This document shows positions 1 through 7,681 of a stretch of 64,000 nt of DNA, piece after piece. Each line of letters starts with the position of its first letter. Position 1 is the first letter of the stretch. The notes beneath the pieces are model-generated. The model was not told the origin of the DNA and made no database searches. It saw only the letters and a program-made list of their open reading frames with translations. Location of the stretch: the IMG/VR virus record IMGVR_UViG_3300002835_000007, positions 1-64,000 of that record; one strand, written 5' to 3'. The position numbers and the translations under genes were made by a program.

Positions 1-282
1 GAAACTGGAAGAGAGGTAGTTTTCTACCCAGAAACTGGAAAAAAATATTACATTGAGTACATCGAACCAAGAAGTTGGAGAACATCTTGGGGTGACATCG
101 ACCCAGCATCAAAAACTGTTACTGGTAGCTATGGTGATAAGTACAGAGGTGCAGTAAAAGCGGAAGAGTCTGTAATAACAAAAGAAAATGGATTTGAAGA
201 AATTGTTGAAGGTGGGGGAAGTCCTTACCACACTATTAATCAAATGCATGATAAATGGAAAAAAGAAAATGGTTATGCTTAA
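1..282 (+). CDS. 5'-truncated phage hypothetical protein
   Basis: Open frame 1 from window start (ETGREVVFYPETGKKYYIEYIEPRSWRTSWGDIDP...) to TAA at 280-282. Confidence 0.7.
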   Translation, partial: ETGREVVFYPETGKKYYIEYIEPRSWRTSWGDIDPASKTVTGSYGDKYRGAVKAEESVITKENGFEEIVEGGGSPYHTINQMHDKWKKENGYA

Positions 283-556
283 TGAAACACAAGTAAAGAA
301 AGACTTATTCAAGTCTAAAGCAATGGCTGTATTCAGTCATTATATGGGTGGTAATTTATATTATCAAGTTGATTTAGCAGATGGTGTATATCAATTTCCT
401 ATTGCAACTATTGAATCAGCTAATGATGGACAATTAAATATTCAATTATCATCAGATTTGGGTACAACAACATTCCCAGCTGAAATAAGAGGTTCTGAAT
501 TAGCAAGATGGATAAGCAAAGCCATAAAGAATGAAACATTTATAAAGCTAGGGTAA
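275..556 (+). CDS. hypothetical protein
   Basis: ATG 275 overlaps upstream stop; in frame with track ORF 188..556. Confidence 0.65.
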   Translation: MLNETQVKKDLFKSKAMAVFSHYMGGNLYYQVDLADGVYQFPIATIESANDGQLNIQLSSDLGTTTFPAEIRGSELARWISKAIKNETFIKLG

Positions 557-568
557 AACCTAGCATAT

Positions 569-640
569 TGGACTGTAACTCAGAGGCAGAGTGCTGATTT
601 TACATGTCAGAAGTCGGGATTTCGAAATTCCCCAGTCCAA
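569..640 (+). tRNA. tRNA-Val(TAC)
   Basis: TGGACTG/CAGTCCA acceptor; CTGAT-TTTACAT-GTCAG anticodon arm; TTCGAAA T loop. Confidence 0.85.
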
Positions 641-654
641 CAAAAATTAAGAAC

Positions 655-834
655 ATGGAAAACTTAGGTCATTCAATATCAGACAATATTGAACATATGA
701 AAAACATACGTGAAGAAATAATTCAGAAATGGATTGATAGTGGGTTACTGGATAATCTAAATGTAACTGGAAAGAAAAACATAGCAGAACTATATGAGGG
801 TTGTGCAACAAGTATGATTAAAGATAAAAAATAG
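655..834 (+). CDS. small protein resembling the N-terminus of gp23-type major capsid proteins
   Basis: ATG 655 after tRNA; KWIDSGLLDNL...NIAELYE pattern recalled from large-phage MCP N-termini. Confidence 0.5.
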   Translation: MENLGHSISDNIEHMKNIREEIIQKWIDSGLLDNLNVTGKKNIAELYEGCATSMIKDKK

Positions 835-905
835 GGGTATAGCTCAGCGGTAGCAGCAATTGCCTTACATGCAATAGGTCGGGGGTTCGAATCCCTCTAC
901 CCCTA
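833..905 (+). tRNA. tRNA-Val(TAC)
   Basis: AGGGGTA/TACCCCT; ATTGC-CTTACAT-GCAAT; GGTTCGAATCC. Confidence 0.93.
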
Positions 906-1034
906 CAGCAGACACACATACCTCTCGAAGAAGTACAAATTGTGTTAATTAAGAATTGATTGACGAATGCATGAACTAGTCAATGATTAATTACGGTGAC
1001 GGGATAGACCACACGGTCAAATGTCTATCCAAAT

Positions 1035-1116
1035 GCCGAGGTGGTGGAATGGTAGACACGAGGGACTTAAAATCCCTTGCCCGTAGGGCGTGAGGGTTCG
1101 AGTCCCTCTCTCGGTA
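1035..1116 (+). tRNA. tRNA-Leu(TAA)
   Basis: GCCGAGG/TCTCGGT; AGGGA-CTTAAAA-TCCCT; long variable arm. Confidence 0.95.
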
Positions 1117-1124
1117 CAACATAT

Positions 1125-1207
1125 GCGGATATGGGGGAATGGTAGACCCGTTGGTCTTAGAAACCAATGCTGAAATATGCGTGTCAGTTCGAGTCTGACT
1201 ATCCGTA
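1125..1207 (+). tRNA. tRNA-Leu(TAG)
   Basis: GCGGATA/TATCCGT; TTGGT-CTTAGAA-ACCAA; long variable arm. Confidence 0.95.
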
Positions 1208-1246
1208 CAAAAAAGTTTTTTTAATAGTGTTACTATATTTATAAGT

Positions 1247-1750
1247 ATGAAAAAACGTATAAAACAATTATTAAGAGAAAATCTAGATAATATTAATGAA
1301 ATTGGTGATTTAAGTTATTATCCACCTTATATTAAAGAAGGAGGTTTTAATATAATAAAGTATGGTGATGATTATGAGATTTCATTTGATGAAGAATCTG
1401 GATATGACGTTAAAATAGATTTTATTGACTTAGTATCAAATAAAAAAACTTATGTTTTAGCGTTTTCTGTTGGTAATAATATGATTCAAAAATTTAAAAC
1501 AACACCTAAAGCGTATTTTAAAATTTTATCTACTGTTGGTGAAGCTTTATTACAATTTTTATCAGAATACGAACCTTTCTTAATTATCATTAATGGTCAA
1601 GATAAGGAAGGTTCAAAAGGTCAAAAAGATTTTATATATAAAAACATTGTAGAAAATAATAAATCTAGACTTAATGAAAAAGGTTACGCATTTGAGGTAG
1701 GGCCTACAAGTGTTAAAATATTTAAAGAAGAAAAAAACGATAATTTATAA
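1247..1750 (+). CDS. hypothetical protein with N-terminal IKQLLRE motif
   Basis: ORF track; preceded by ATATTTAT at 1235-1242. Confidence 0.75.
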   Translation: MKKRIKQLLRENLDNINEIGDLSYYPPYIKEGGFNIIKYGDDYEISFDEESGYDVKIDFIDLVSNKKTYVLAFSVGNNMIQKFKTTPKAYFKILSTVGEALLQFLSEYEPFLIIINGQDKEGSKGQKDFIYKNIVENNKSRLNEKGYAFEVGPTSVKIFKEEKNDNL

Positions 1751-1767
1751 AAAAAAAATAAAAAAAC

Positions 1768-1796
1768 TTGACAATTAAACGAACTTTTAGTATATT
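1768..1796 (+). promoter_or_regulatory. promoter upstream of leader peptide 1
   Basis: TTGACA-N17-TATATT. Confidence 0.7.
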
Positions 1797-1825
1797 AGTG
1801 TATATTTAATTAATAAAGATAAAAA

Positions 1826-1915
1826 ATGAGAACAATTAATAACATATTTGAGTTTGACTTCTTCGCAGCCGAGGCCGATTTTAGCCTAGGGAGGTCAACC
1901 TATGTATGTAGTTAA
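1826..1915 (+). CDS. attenuator leader peptide 1 (MRTINNIFEFDFFAAEADFSLGRSTYVCS)
   Basis: 29-codon ORF with A-rich start; 12 consecutive F/E/D/A codons; overlaps antiterminator strand AGGTCAACCT 1892-1901. Confidence 0.8.
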   Translation: MRTINNIFEFDFFAAEADFSLGRSTYVCS

Positions 1916-1939
1916 TTGTAAGTAACTATACTATATTTG

Positions 1940-1970
1940 AAAGGTTGACCTAAACAGTCAACCTTTTTTT
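1940..1970 (+). terminator. intrinsic terminator of attenuator 1
   Basis: AAAGGTTGAC-CTAAACA-GTCAACCTTT then T-run; 5' arm also perfectly complementary to 1892-1901. Confidence 0.85.
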
Positions 1971-2007
1971 GTTTATATAGGTTTGAAAAAAAAAAATATT
2001 ACAAAAA

Positions 2008-2128
2008 GTTTGGAAGTTTAAAAAATAGTTCATACATTTGTAAAACAAAATTAAAGAAAACGTTCTTTGAAAGATTAAAAAAAAAAATAAAAAACATTTG
2101 CAAATTAAAAATATTATTTATACATTTG
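2008..2128 (+). promoter_or_regulatory. tandem Bacteroidota-type promoters with boxA-like element
   Basis: TTTG...TACATTTG at 2033-2040 and 2121-2128; GTTCTTTGAAAG at 2062-2073. Confidence 0.7.
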
Positions 2129-2142
2129 TAATATCAAAATAA

Positions 2143-2215
2143 GGACAGATAGCTCAGTTGGTAGAGCATCGCACTGAAGATGCGAGTGTCGGGGGTTCGA
2201 TTCCCTCTCTGTCCA
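2143..2215 (+). tRNA. tRNA-Phe(GAA)
   Basis: GGACAGA/TCTGTCC; TCGCA-CTGAAGA-TGCGA. Confidence 0.96.
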
Positions 2216-2223
2216 CAAAACAA

Positions 2224-2297
2224 CGCCCGTTGGACAAGCGGTTTAAGTCGTCTCCCTTTCACGGAGAAGAGCATGGGTTCGAATCCCATACGGGTGA
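2224..2297 (+). tRNA. tRNA-Glu(TTC)
   Basis: CGCCCGT/ACGGGTG; TCTCC-CTTTCAC-GGAGA. Confidence 0.95.
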
Positions 2298-2346
2298 CCT
2301 TGACTTTTTTGTACCTTGTCGTATATTTATTGTAAAAGATAGATAT

Positions 2347-2988
2347 ATGGCAAGAGCAGAAAAGAAAATACATTACCTATATAAAACTACTTGTTTCATA
2401 ACTGGTAGATGGTATATAGGAATGCACAGCACACATAACTTAGAAGATGGTTATATGGGTAGTGGAAAACGATTAAGGTATTCTATACGTAAGTATGGAG
2501 TTGATAATCATAAAAAAGAGATTTTAGAGTTCTTTGAGAGTAGGGAATTATTAATTGAAGCTGAAATAAAAGCAATCACTGAAGATATGGTTACAGATAA
2601 AAACTGTATGAATCTTAAATTAGGTGGCCAAGGAGGTTTTATTAATGAAGAACATAAACAAAAATTCATAAATTCAGATGGACCTAAAAATTTTGCTAAA
2701 AGGTTGATTGAGGATGAAGAATTTAGATTAAAACATTTTGCGATTATATCTGAAAGGATGAAGAAAACACATGCAAATGGTAAAATTAAATATGATACAT
2801 TCAAAGGTAAACAACATTCAGATGAAACTAAACAAAAAATGAGTGAATCATCTAAAGGTAAAGGTATTGGTGAATCAAATAGTCAATACGGTACTTGTTG
2901 GATAACCAAAGAGAGTGTTAATAAAAAAATTAAAAAAGAAGACCTTGACACATACCTAATTGAAGGATGGGTTAAAGGTAGAAGATAA
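2347..2988 (+). CDS. GIY-YIG homing endonuclease (Seg-like) with NUMOD3 motif
   Basis: YLYKTT...WYIGMHST...YMGSG; FKGKQHSDETKQKMSES; true start ATG 2347. Confidence 0.9.
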   Translation: MARAEKKIHYLYKTTCFITGRWYIGMHSTHNLEDGYMGSGKRLRYSIRKYGVDNHKKEILEFFESRELLIEAEIKAITEDMVTDKNCMNLKLGGQGGFINEEHKQKFINSDGPKNFAKRLIEDEEFRLKHFAIISERMKKTHANGKIKYDTFKGKQHSDETKQKMSESSKGKGIGESNSQYGTCWITKESVNKKIKKEDLDTYLIEGWVKGRR

Positions 2989-3056
2989 ACGCTCGCACTG
3001 ATAGTTACGTATCGGTGGAGAGGATGAGTATGACAATCTGGAAAGACAGATATTAC

Positions 3057-3131
3057 GGTCTATTGGTCCAATGGCTAGGATACGGCACTGTCTATGCTGT
3101 GGTGAGAGTTCAATTCTCTCATAGACCGCCA
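3057..3131 (+). tRNA. tRNA-Asp(GTC)
   Basis: GGTCTAT/ATAGACC-G-CCA; CGGCA-CTGTCTA-TGCTG. Confidence 0.9.
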
Positions 3132-3216
3132 ATTGTAAATACCCAGTGGTTTGGTGGGTATGGATACTAAAAGCTATTAAGAGGTTCGAAACTTGAAAAT
3201 AGTTACCAAACCATAT

Positions 3217-3290
3217 GGGGCAGCATGTACCAAGGCTGGCGTTTCTCCCTTGCAAGGAGAGAGTGGAGAGTTCGATTCTCTTCTGCTCCA
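3217..3290 (+). tRNA. tRNA-Ala(TGC), atypical D arm
   Basis: GGGGCAG/CTGCTCC with G3:U70; TCTCC-CTTGCAA-GGAGA. Confidence 0.8.
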
Positions 3291-3291
3291 C

Positions 3292-3480
3292 ATGGAAAAA
3301 TTTAGTTTTGAGGAAGGTATAGATTATTACCTAGAAAAAGGGAAGATAGTTTATACTGAACGCTATCTAAAAAAAAGAGGGACTTGCTGCGGCTCTGGTT
3401 GCAGACATTGTGTTTTCGACCCACCTTATACGAAAGGTAACAAAGTTTTAAAAGAAAACACAAACAAAAATTTGGATTAA
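3292..3480 (+). CDS. DUF5522-like Cys-rich protein
   Basis: YLKKRGTCCGSGCRHC motif; ATG 3292. Confidence 0.8.
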   Translation: MEKFSFEEGIDYYLEKGKIVYTERYLKKRGTCCGSGCRHCVFDPPYTKGNKVLKENTNKNLD

Positions 3481-3744
3481 TCAATAATTTAATGTACATT
3501 TGTAATATGAAAAAAGAAACTAAAATAAAAGTGTTACAGTTAATCGCTAACTATATAGTTAGCATGTTAGAAAATTCACGTAGTGAAGGTATGTTCTATT
3601 ATTATTTTGAAATTGGTGCAATGGTTAATGCATATGCAATTGAATACCACGACATTTATTTAGATTAAAAAAAAAATTAAAAAACATTTGGATTATTAAA
3701 ATATTATCCATACATTTGTAGTATAAATTTAAAAAGTAAATAAA

Positions 3745-4071
3745 ATGAGTAAGTTTGTAAAAACGTTATCAGCATCTAACGCTGAAATCAAAGAAGCAAG
3801 AGCTAAGATGTTAGCTGACACTACTGTATTAGAAGTAGAATCTTTCGTTCAAGCATTGAAGAAAGAAAAATTAGAGTTGCAAAACAAGTTGGCTAACCTA
3901 ACTGACTTAGCACCAGACAACACGTATAGCTTACGTCCAGGTTCAAAAGATTTTGACGCTAAATTATGGGTACGTGAATTACATTCAACTAGAATGGAAA
4001 TCACTCTTAAAGAAATGGAGTTGGAAGAAGCTCAATCAATCTTCAACGAGTGGTTTGGTGAAGAAAAGTAA
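3745..4071 (+). CDS. coiled-coil hypothetical protein
   Basis: ORF track; promoter TACATTTG 3711-3718. Confidence 0.75.
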   Translation: MSKFVKTLSASNAEIKEARAKMLADTTVLEVESFVQALKKEKLELQNKLANLTDLAPDNTYSLRPGSKDFDAKLWVRELHSTRMEITLKEMELEEAQSIFNEWFGEEK

Positions 4072-4074
4072 TCA

Positions 4075-4710
4075 ATGTATTTTAAATTAGATAAATCTAA
4101 AAAAATGAAAAGAGTTTACATTGCAAAGTCCAATAAGGCGAACCCTAACTTAGTTTCAAGAGTTCGCCAAACTCTTTCCGTGTTTGATGTTCAAATCGTT
4201 GAGTTCACTGGTGGTACTTATTCACATGACTTATTATTATCGTGTGATGAGTTGTATGTCATCCCAGATTTAAGTGGTTCTTTTGATGATGATTATACTA
4301 ATATTTGGTCTGTGTCTATCGGTAAAGGTCTGTATGAACAGATACATGCGTTTCACAATAAAACATCAAATAATGATATTTTTATTGTGACCGATTTTGA
4401 TAACAATGTGGGTGTTGGTGGTTTTTATTATGAAGAAAATGATGATGATTTCTATTCAATTTATATAGAAAATGAAAATGACTATGTTGATTATGCGTAT
4501 CTAACAATTAATACAGAAAACGCAACAATAAATCCATGGGACTTATACCATTTTGTTTTAGAATCAAATGAACTTAAAGATGAATCATGGGTATCAAATG
4601 CATTGAATGAATCAATTGCTGAACATAAAACGTGGAAAGAAAAAGCAGCAAATAAAAAATTTTTATATATTGTTGCAAAAAAACTTGCAAAGTTAAAATA
4701 TAGTTTGTAA
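4075..4710 (+). CDS. hypothetical protein
   Basis: ORF track. Confidence 0.7.
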   Translation: MYFKLDKSKKMKRVYIAKSNKANPNLVSRVRQTLSVFDVQIVEFTGGTYSHDLLLSCDELYVIPDLSGSFDDDYTNIWSVSIGKGLYEQIHAFHNKTSNNDIFIVTDFDNNVGVGGFYYEENDDDFYSIYIENENDYVDYAYLTINTENATINPWDLYHFVLESNELKDESWVSNALNESIAEHKTWKEKAANKKFLYIVAKKLAKLKYSL

Positions 4711-4729
4711 ATTTGTAAAAAAAGTAAAT

Positions 4730-5695
4730 ATGAATAATGAAAGTAAAACAGTCGATATCGATATCGACAAACAAAAATTTGAAGAGTTAATTGATTTGTT
4801 AGATGCGTACACAACTATCGGGTCAAAAGTTGGTCGTGATGTAATTGACGGTCATGAGTGTGAAGTAAGGTTTGTTTTAGTAACCCCAGATTTAGCGGCT
4901 GAAATACTAGAAAATTACAATAGCGAAAATAGACCTTTTTCACAAAGTAATGTTGCTAAATTAGTTAAAGAAATTAATTCTGGTAATTGGTCATTCAATG
5001 GAGAACCAATATCTTTCAACAGTAAAGCTAATGTGTCAAATGGTCAACACAGATTACAAGCAATTGTTTTAACTGGTATTGCATTGAGATTTTTAGTTAC
5101 AACTGGTCTTGACCCTAAAAGTTTTGCTACTATGGATAACGGTAGAAAAAGAACTGGTTCTGATGTTTTAGCTATTGCTGGTGTTGGTAATTATACAACT
5201 GCTGCATCTGTTTGTAAATTTGTTTACTCTTTTAAAAACGGAAATTTTGGTTCTGTTTATAGAGCATCAGAAAGTAGAACTTTGACAAATACTCAAATTG
5301 AAAGTTACTACACAACATTAACAAATGTTGATGAGAGCATTAAATTTGGTGCTGCTATGTCGAAAAAAAGTAATGGGTTATTGAAAGCAACTATTTTAGG
5401 TGGGTTTCATTATTTGTTATCTGAGATTGATGAAGTTTTAGCTGATGAGTTTTTAACTAAACTATCAACTGGTATCGATTTAAAACAAGGTTCACCAATT
5501 ATTTCATTAAGAAATAGATTACTTAAATCTACAACTGATGATAATTACAGAATCACTAGTGAAACTTTAATGAAATTAATCGCATATAGTTGGGAGAAAT
5601 TCGTTAAAAACGAAACTGTTAAGAATCTTAAATTACCAGAAAACTATGAAATTAATCTTTATGGTTCATCAAACCAAAAAACATTAAATTTCTAA
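4730..5695 (+). CDS. ParB/Srx-like N-terminal domain protein
   Basis: VTPDLA..NRP..W.FNGEPI..NGQHRL. Confidence 0.7.
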   Translation: MNNESKTVDIDIDKQKFEELIDLLDAYTTIGSKVGRDVIDGHECEVRFVLVTPDLAAEILENYNSENRPFSQSNVAKLVKEINSGNWSFNGEPISFNSKANVSNGQHRLQAIVLTGIALRFLVTTGLDPKSFATMDNGRKRTGSDVLAIAGVGNYTTAASVCKFVYSFKNGNFGSVYRASESRTLTNTQIESYYTTLTNVDESIKFGAAMSKKSNGLLKATILGGFHYLLSEIDEVLADEFLTKLSTGIDLKQGSPIISLRNRLLKSTTDDNYRITSETLMKLIAYSWEKFVKNETVKNLKLPENYEINLYGSSNQKTLNF

Positions 5696-5731
5696 AAAAA
5701 CGTAACCGAAGATAGTTTTTCGGTTACACTT

Positions 5732-5805
5732 GGACCTCTAGCTCATTCGGTTAGAGCAACTGACTCATAATCAGTAGGTGCTTGGTTCGATTCCAAGGTG
5801 GTCCA
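5732..5805 (+). tRNA. tRNA-CAT, probably Ile2 (lysidine type)
   Basis: GGACC.../...GGTCC-A acceptor typical of Ile2; ACTGA-CTCATAA-TCAGT. Confidence 0.85.
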
Positions 5806-5932
5806 CATTTAGGTGATTCTCAGTAATGGAGATAGTAGAATCTTTAGAGTATTGAACATGAAAAGGCTGGCAAACCGTTAAATTATTTCTCAGTAGTGCC
5901 TCACATAACCACTATGATACTCACTAAATTAC

Positions 5933-6006
5933 GGTTCCGTAGCTCAGCTGGATAGAGCCACGCACTTCTAATGCGTAGGTCACACGTTCGAATCGTGTCG
6001 GAATCA
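5933..6006 (+). tRNA. tRNA-Arg(TCT)
   Basis: GGTTCCG/CGGAATC; ACGCA-CTTCTAA-TGCGT. Confidence 0.95.
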
Positions 6007-6012
6007 CAATAA

Positions 6013-6138
6013 TGGAAGGTAGCCCAATTGGTAGAGGCAGCGGAATGCAAAAAGATTAATCTGTTTTAAAGATTAAGTTCAGCAATTTAAACGCTATTTA
6101 GGAACCGAAAAGTGTTAGTTCGAATCTAACCCTTCCGA
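6013..6138 (+). ncRNA. tRNA body with ~50-nt CAGCAA module inserted in the anticodon arm
   Basis: TGGAAGG/CCTTCCG acceptor, D arm, GTTAG-TTCGAAT-CTAAC T arm; insert TTAATCT/AGATTAA hairpin + GTTCAGCAA. Confidence 0.75.
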
Positions 6139-6446
6139 CAAAAGAAGAGTGAGCAGCATTAGCCAAGTTGGAACGAGTACCAGCGTGAAGGTCAAAAATA
6201 CTCGGCTCATGACTTCTGAAAAAAAGTTTGAAAAAAACTTGCAAATGTAAAATAAAGTTAGTACATTTGTAGTATAGAAAAAGTTCTTTGAAAAGTATTA
6301 GAAATGAGGGTGTTACATTCTTAAATTTCTTTAAAAAAGTTACTAAAAAACTTGACATTTGCTTAAAAATGTCGTATATTAGTAACATAAAAATTGGATT
6401 AATTATCATAAAATAAAAAAGTAAAAAAAAAAAGAAAAAAAAGAGT

Positions 6447-7082
6447 ATGGCAACACCAAAAAGTACACCAGCAAGAAAAGCTTCTGCAAATACAGAAGTA
6501 GTTTTAGGACAAGCAGCAGCACAAATCGCTAAGGCTGTTAACGAATTAAAAGCAGCAACTGCAACAGTTTCTACTTTATCTGACCAGTCAGAGCAATTAA
6601 CTATGTTAGTAGCTAACAAAGAGGAGTCAATCGCTTCATTAGAAGTAGAGTACGCTGAGAAACGTAGACAATATGACGTTGAGTTAGAATTGTCTTTCAA
6701 AGCTAACCAAGAAAGAGTTGTAAATGAGTGGTTACGTTCAAACGGATACACATCTATTTCAACAGCTGACTTAACAACTTTACGTTCTGATTTAGAAACT
6801 TCTAGAACAAACACTGAAGCAACAGTTAAGAAAGAAGTAGCTACTGTAGCTGCAACTTTAAAATCTCAGTACGAGAATGAAATTAAATTAATTCACTCTG
6901 AGAACAAAGCTGTTGCTGCTGAAAACGCTGCAAAAATTGGTACGTTAGCAACACAAAACTCGTTCTTACAAGAACAAGTTACTAAGTTGTACGAACAATT
7001 AGATGCTGAGCGTTCTGCTGGTATCGAAAGAGCGAAAGCTGGGTCAGTAGGTTCAATTAACGTTGCACCAGCTGGTAAGTAA
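6447..7082 (+). CDS. coiled-coil hypothetical protein
   Basis: ORF track; Ala/Glu/Lys-rich heptads. Confidence 0.8.
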   Translation: MATPKSTPARKASANTEVVLGQAAAQIAKAVNELKAATATVSTLSDQSEQLTMLVANKEESIASLEVEYAEKRRQYDVELELSFKANQERVVNEWLRSNGYTSISTADLTTLRSDLETSRTNTEATVKKEVATVAATLKSQYENEIKLIHSENKAVAAENAAKIGTLATQNSFLQEQVTKLYEQLDAERSAGIERAKAGSVGSINVAPAGK

Positions 7083-7126
7083 TTAGCAATGATATTCTAC
7101 GTGGGGAACTGCGTAGAATGTTACAA

Positions 7127-7267
7127 GGGTAAAAAGATTATTTCAGCAACCAAAAATTCAAGCCTTGTTAATGCCGTGGTCGTGGGTTCGAATCCCACAC
7201 TGTCCATGATAATGGGCGGTTAGCTCAGCTGGTTAGAGCACGTATGAAAAAAAGTTAATCTTGTCCC
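7127..7267 (+). ncRNA. circularly permuted tRNA-like RNA (T arm-acceptor-D arm) closed by CAGCAA stem
   Basis: AAGATTA(7134)/TAATCTT(7256); T arm 7182-7198; ACTGTCC(7199)/GGGCGGT(7214); D arm GCTC/GAGC. Confidence 0.8.
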
Positions 7268-7296
7268 CCAAATTGGAGTCCTCTGCTCCTTAAACA

Positions 7297-7437
7297 GAGT
7301 AATTAAAAGATTGTTTCAGCAATTAAACTCAAAAATTGTATGGATAACAAGCGGTCTGGGTTCGAATCCCAGCATGTCCTAACAGAGGTGTGGGCGTGTG
7401 GTGTAATGGTAGCACAAAAAGAGCAATCTTGATACTC
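7297..7437 (+). ncRNA. second circularly permuted tRNA-like RNA closed by CAGCAA stem
   Basis: AAGATTG(7307)/CAATCTT(7424); T arm 7356-7372; CATGTCC(7373)/GGGCGTG(7392); D arm GTG-TAATGGTAG-CAC. Confidence 0.8.
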
Positions 7438-7441
7438 AAAT

Positions 7442-7519
7442 ATGGCGTTAGCTCAGCTGGTAGAGCACTGTTGGTTTTAACTGGCAGATGGGTCGTAGGT
7501 TTGAATCCTACACGCTGTA
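7442..7519 (+). pseudogene. aberrant tRNA (Lys-like loop, 7-bp anticodon stem)
   Basis: Normal D arm and GTAGG-TTTGAAT-CCTAC T arm; CTGTTGG-TTTTAA-CTGGCAG arm; weak acceptor. Confidence 0.6.
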
Positions 7520-7681
7520 CAATGTTTCTTTGTTTTATAAAACAAAGTGGTGGTAGTCTGGGGTGTTAAAACTCTCGGTCCCAAAAAAATAAGGTTGGTA
7601 ATTTACTGTAAAGCTATGGCTTCCTTCAAAAAAGTGGCACTATCGTTTGGTAGTGTCATTTTTTATTTGTACCTTTGTCAA

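Noticed and set aside
2158-2346. N-terminal extension of the endonuclease ORF
   Set aside because: It runs through tRNA-Phe and tRNA-Glu; the real start is ATG 2347.
2990-3052. Hammerhead ribozyme (CTGATAG...GAAA)
   Set aside because: Lacks the CUGANGA core in a three-way junction; just two hairpins.
5811-5925. c-di-GMP-I riboswitch (GGCAAACC)
   Set aside because: The rest of the aptamer consensus is absent and no gene follows.
6043-6098. Group I intron in a tRNA anticodon loop
   Set aside because: About 50 nt, far too short, with no P7 core.
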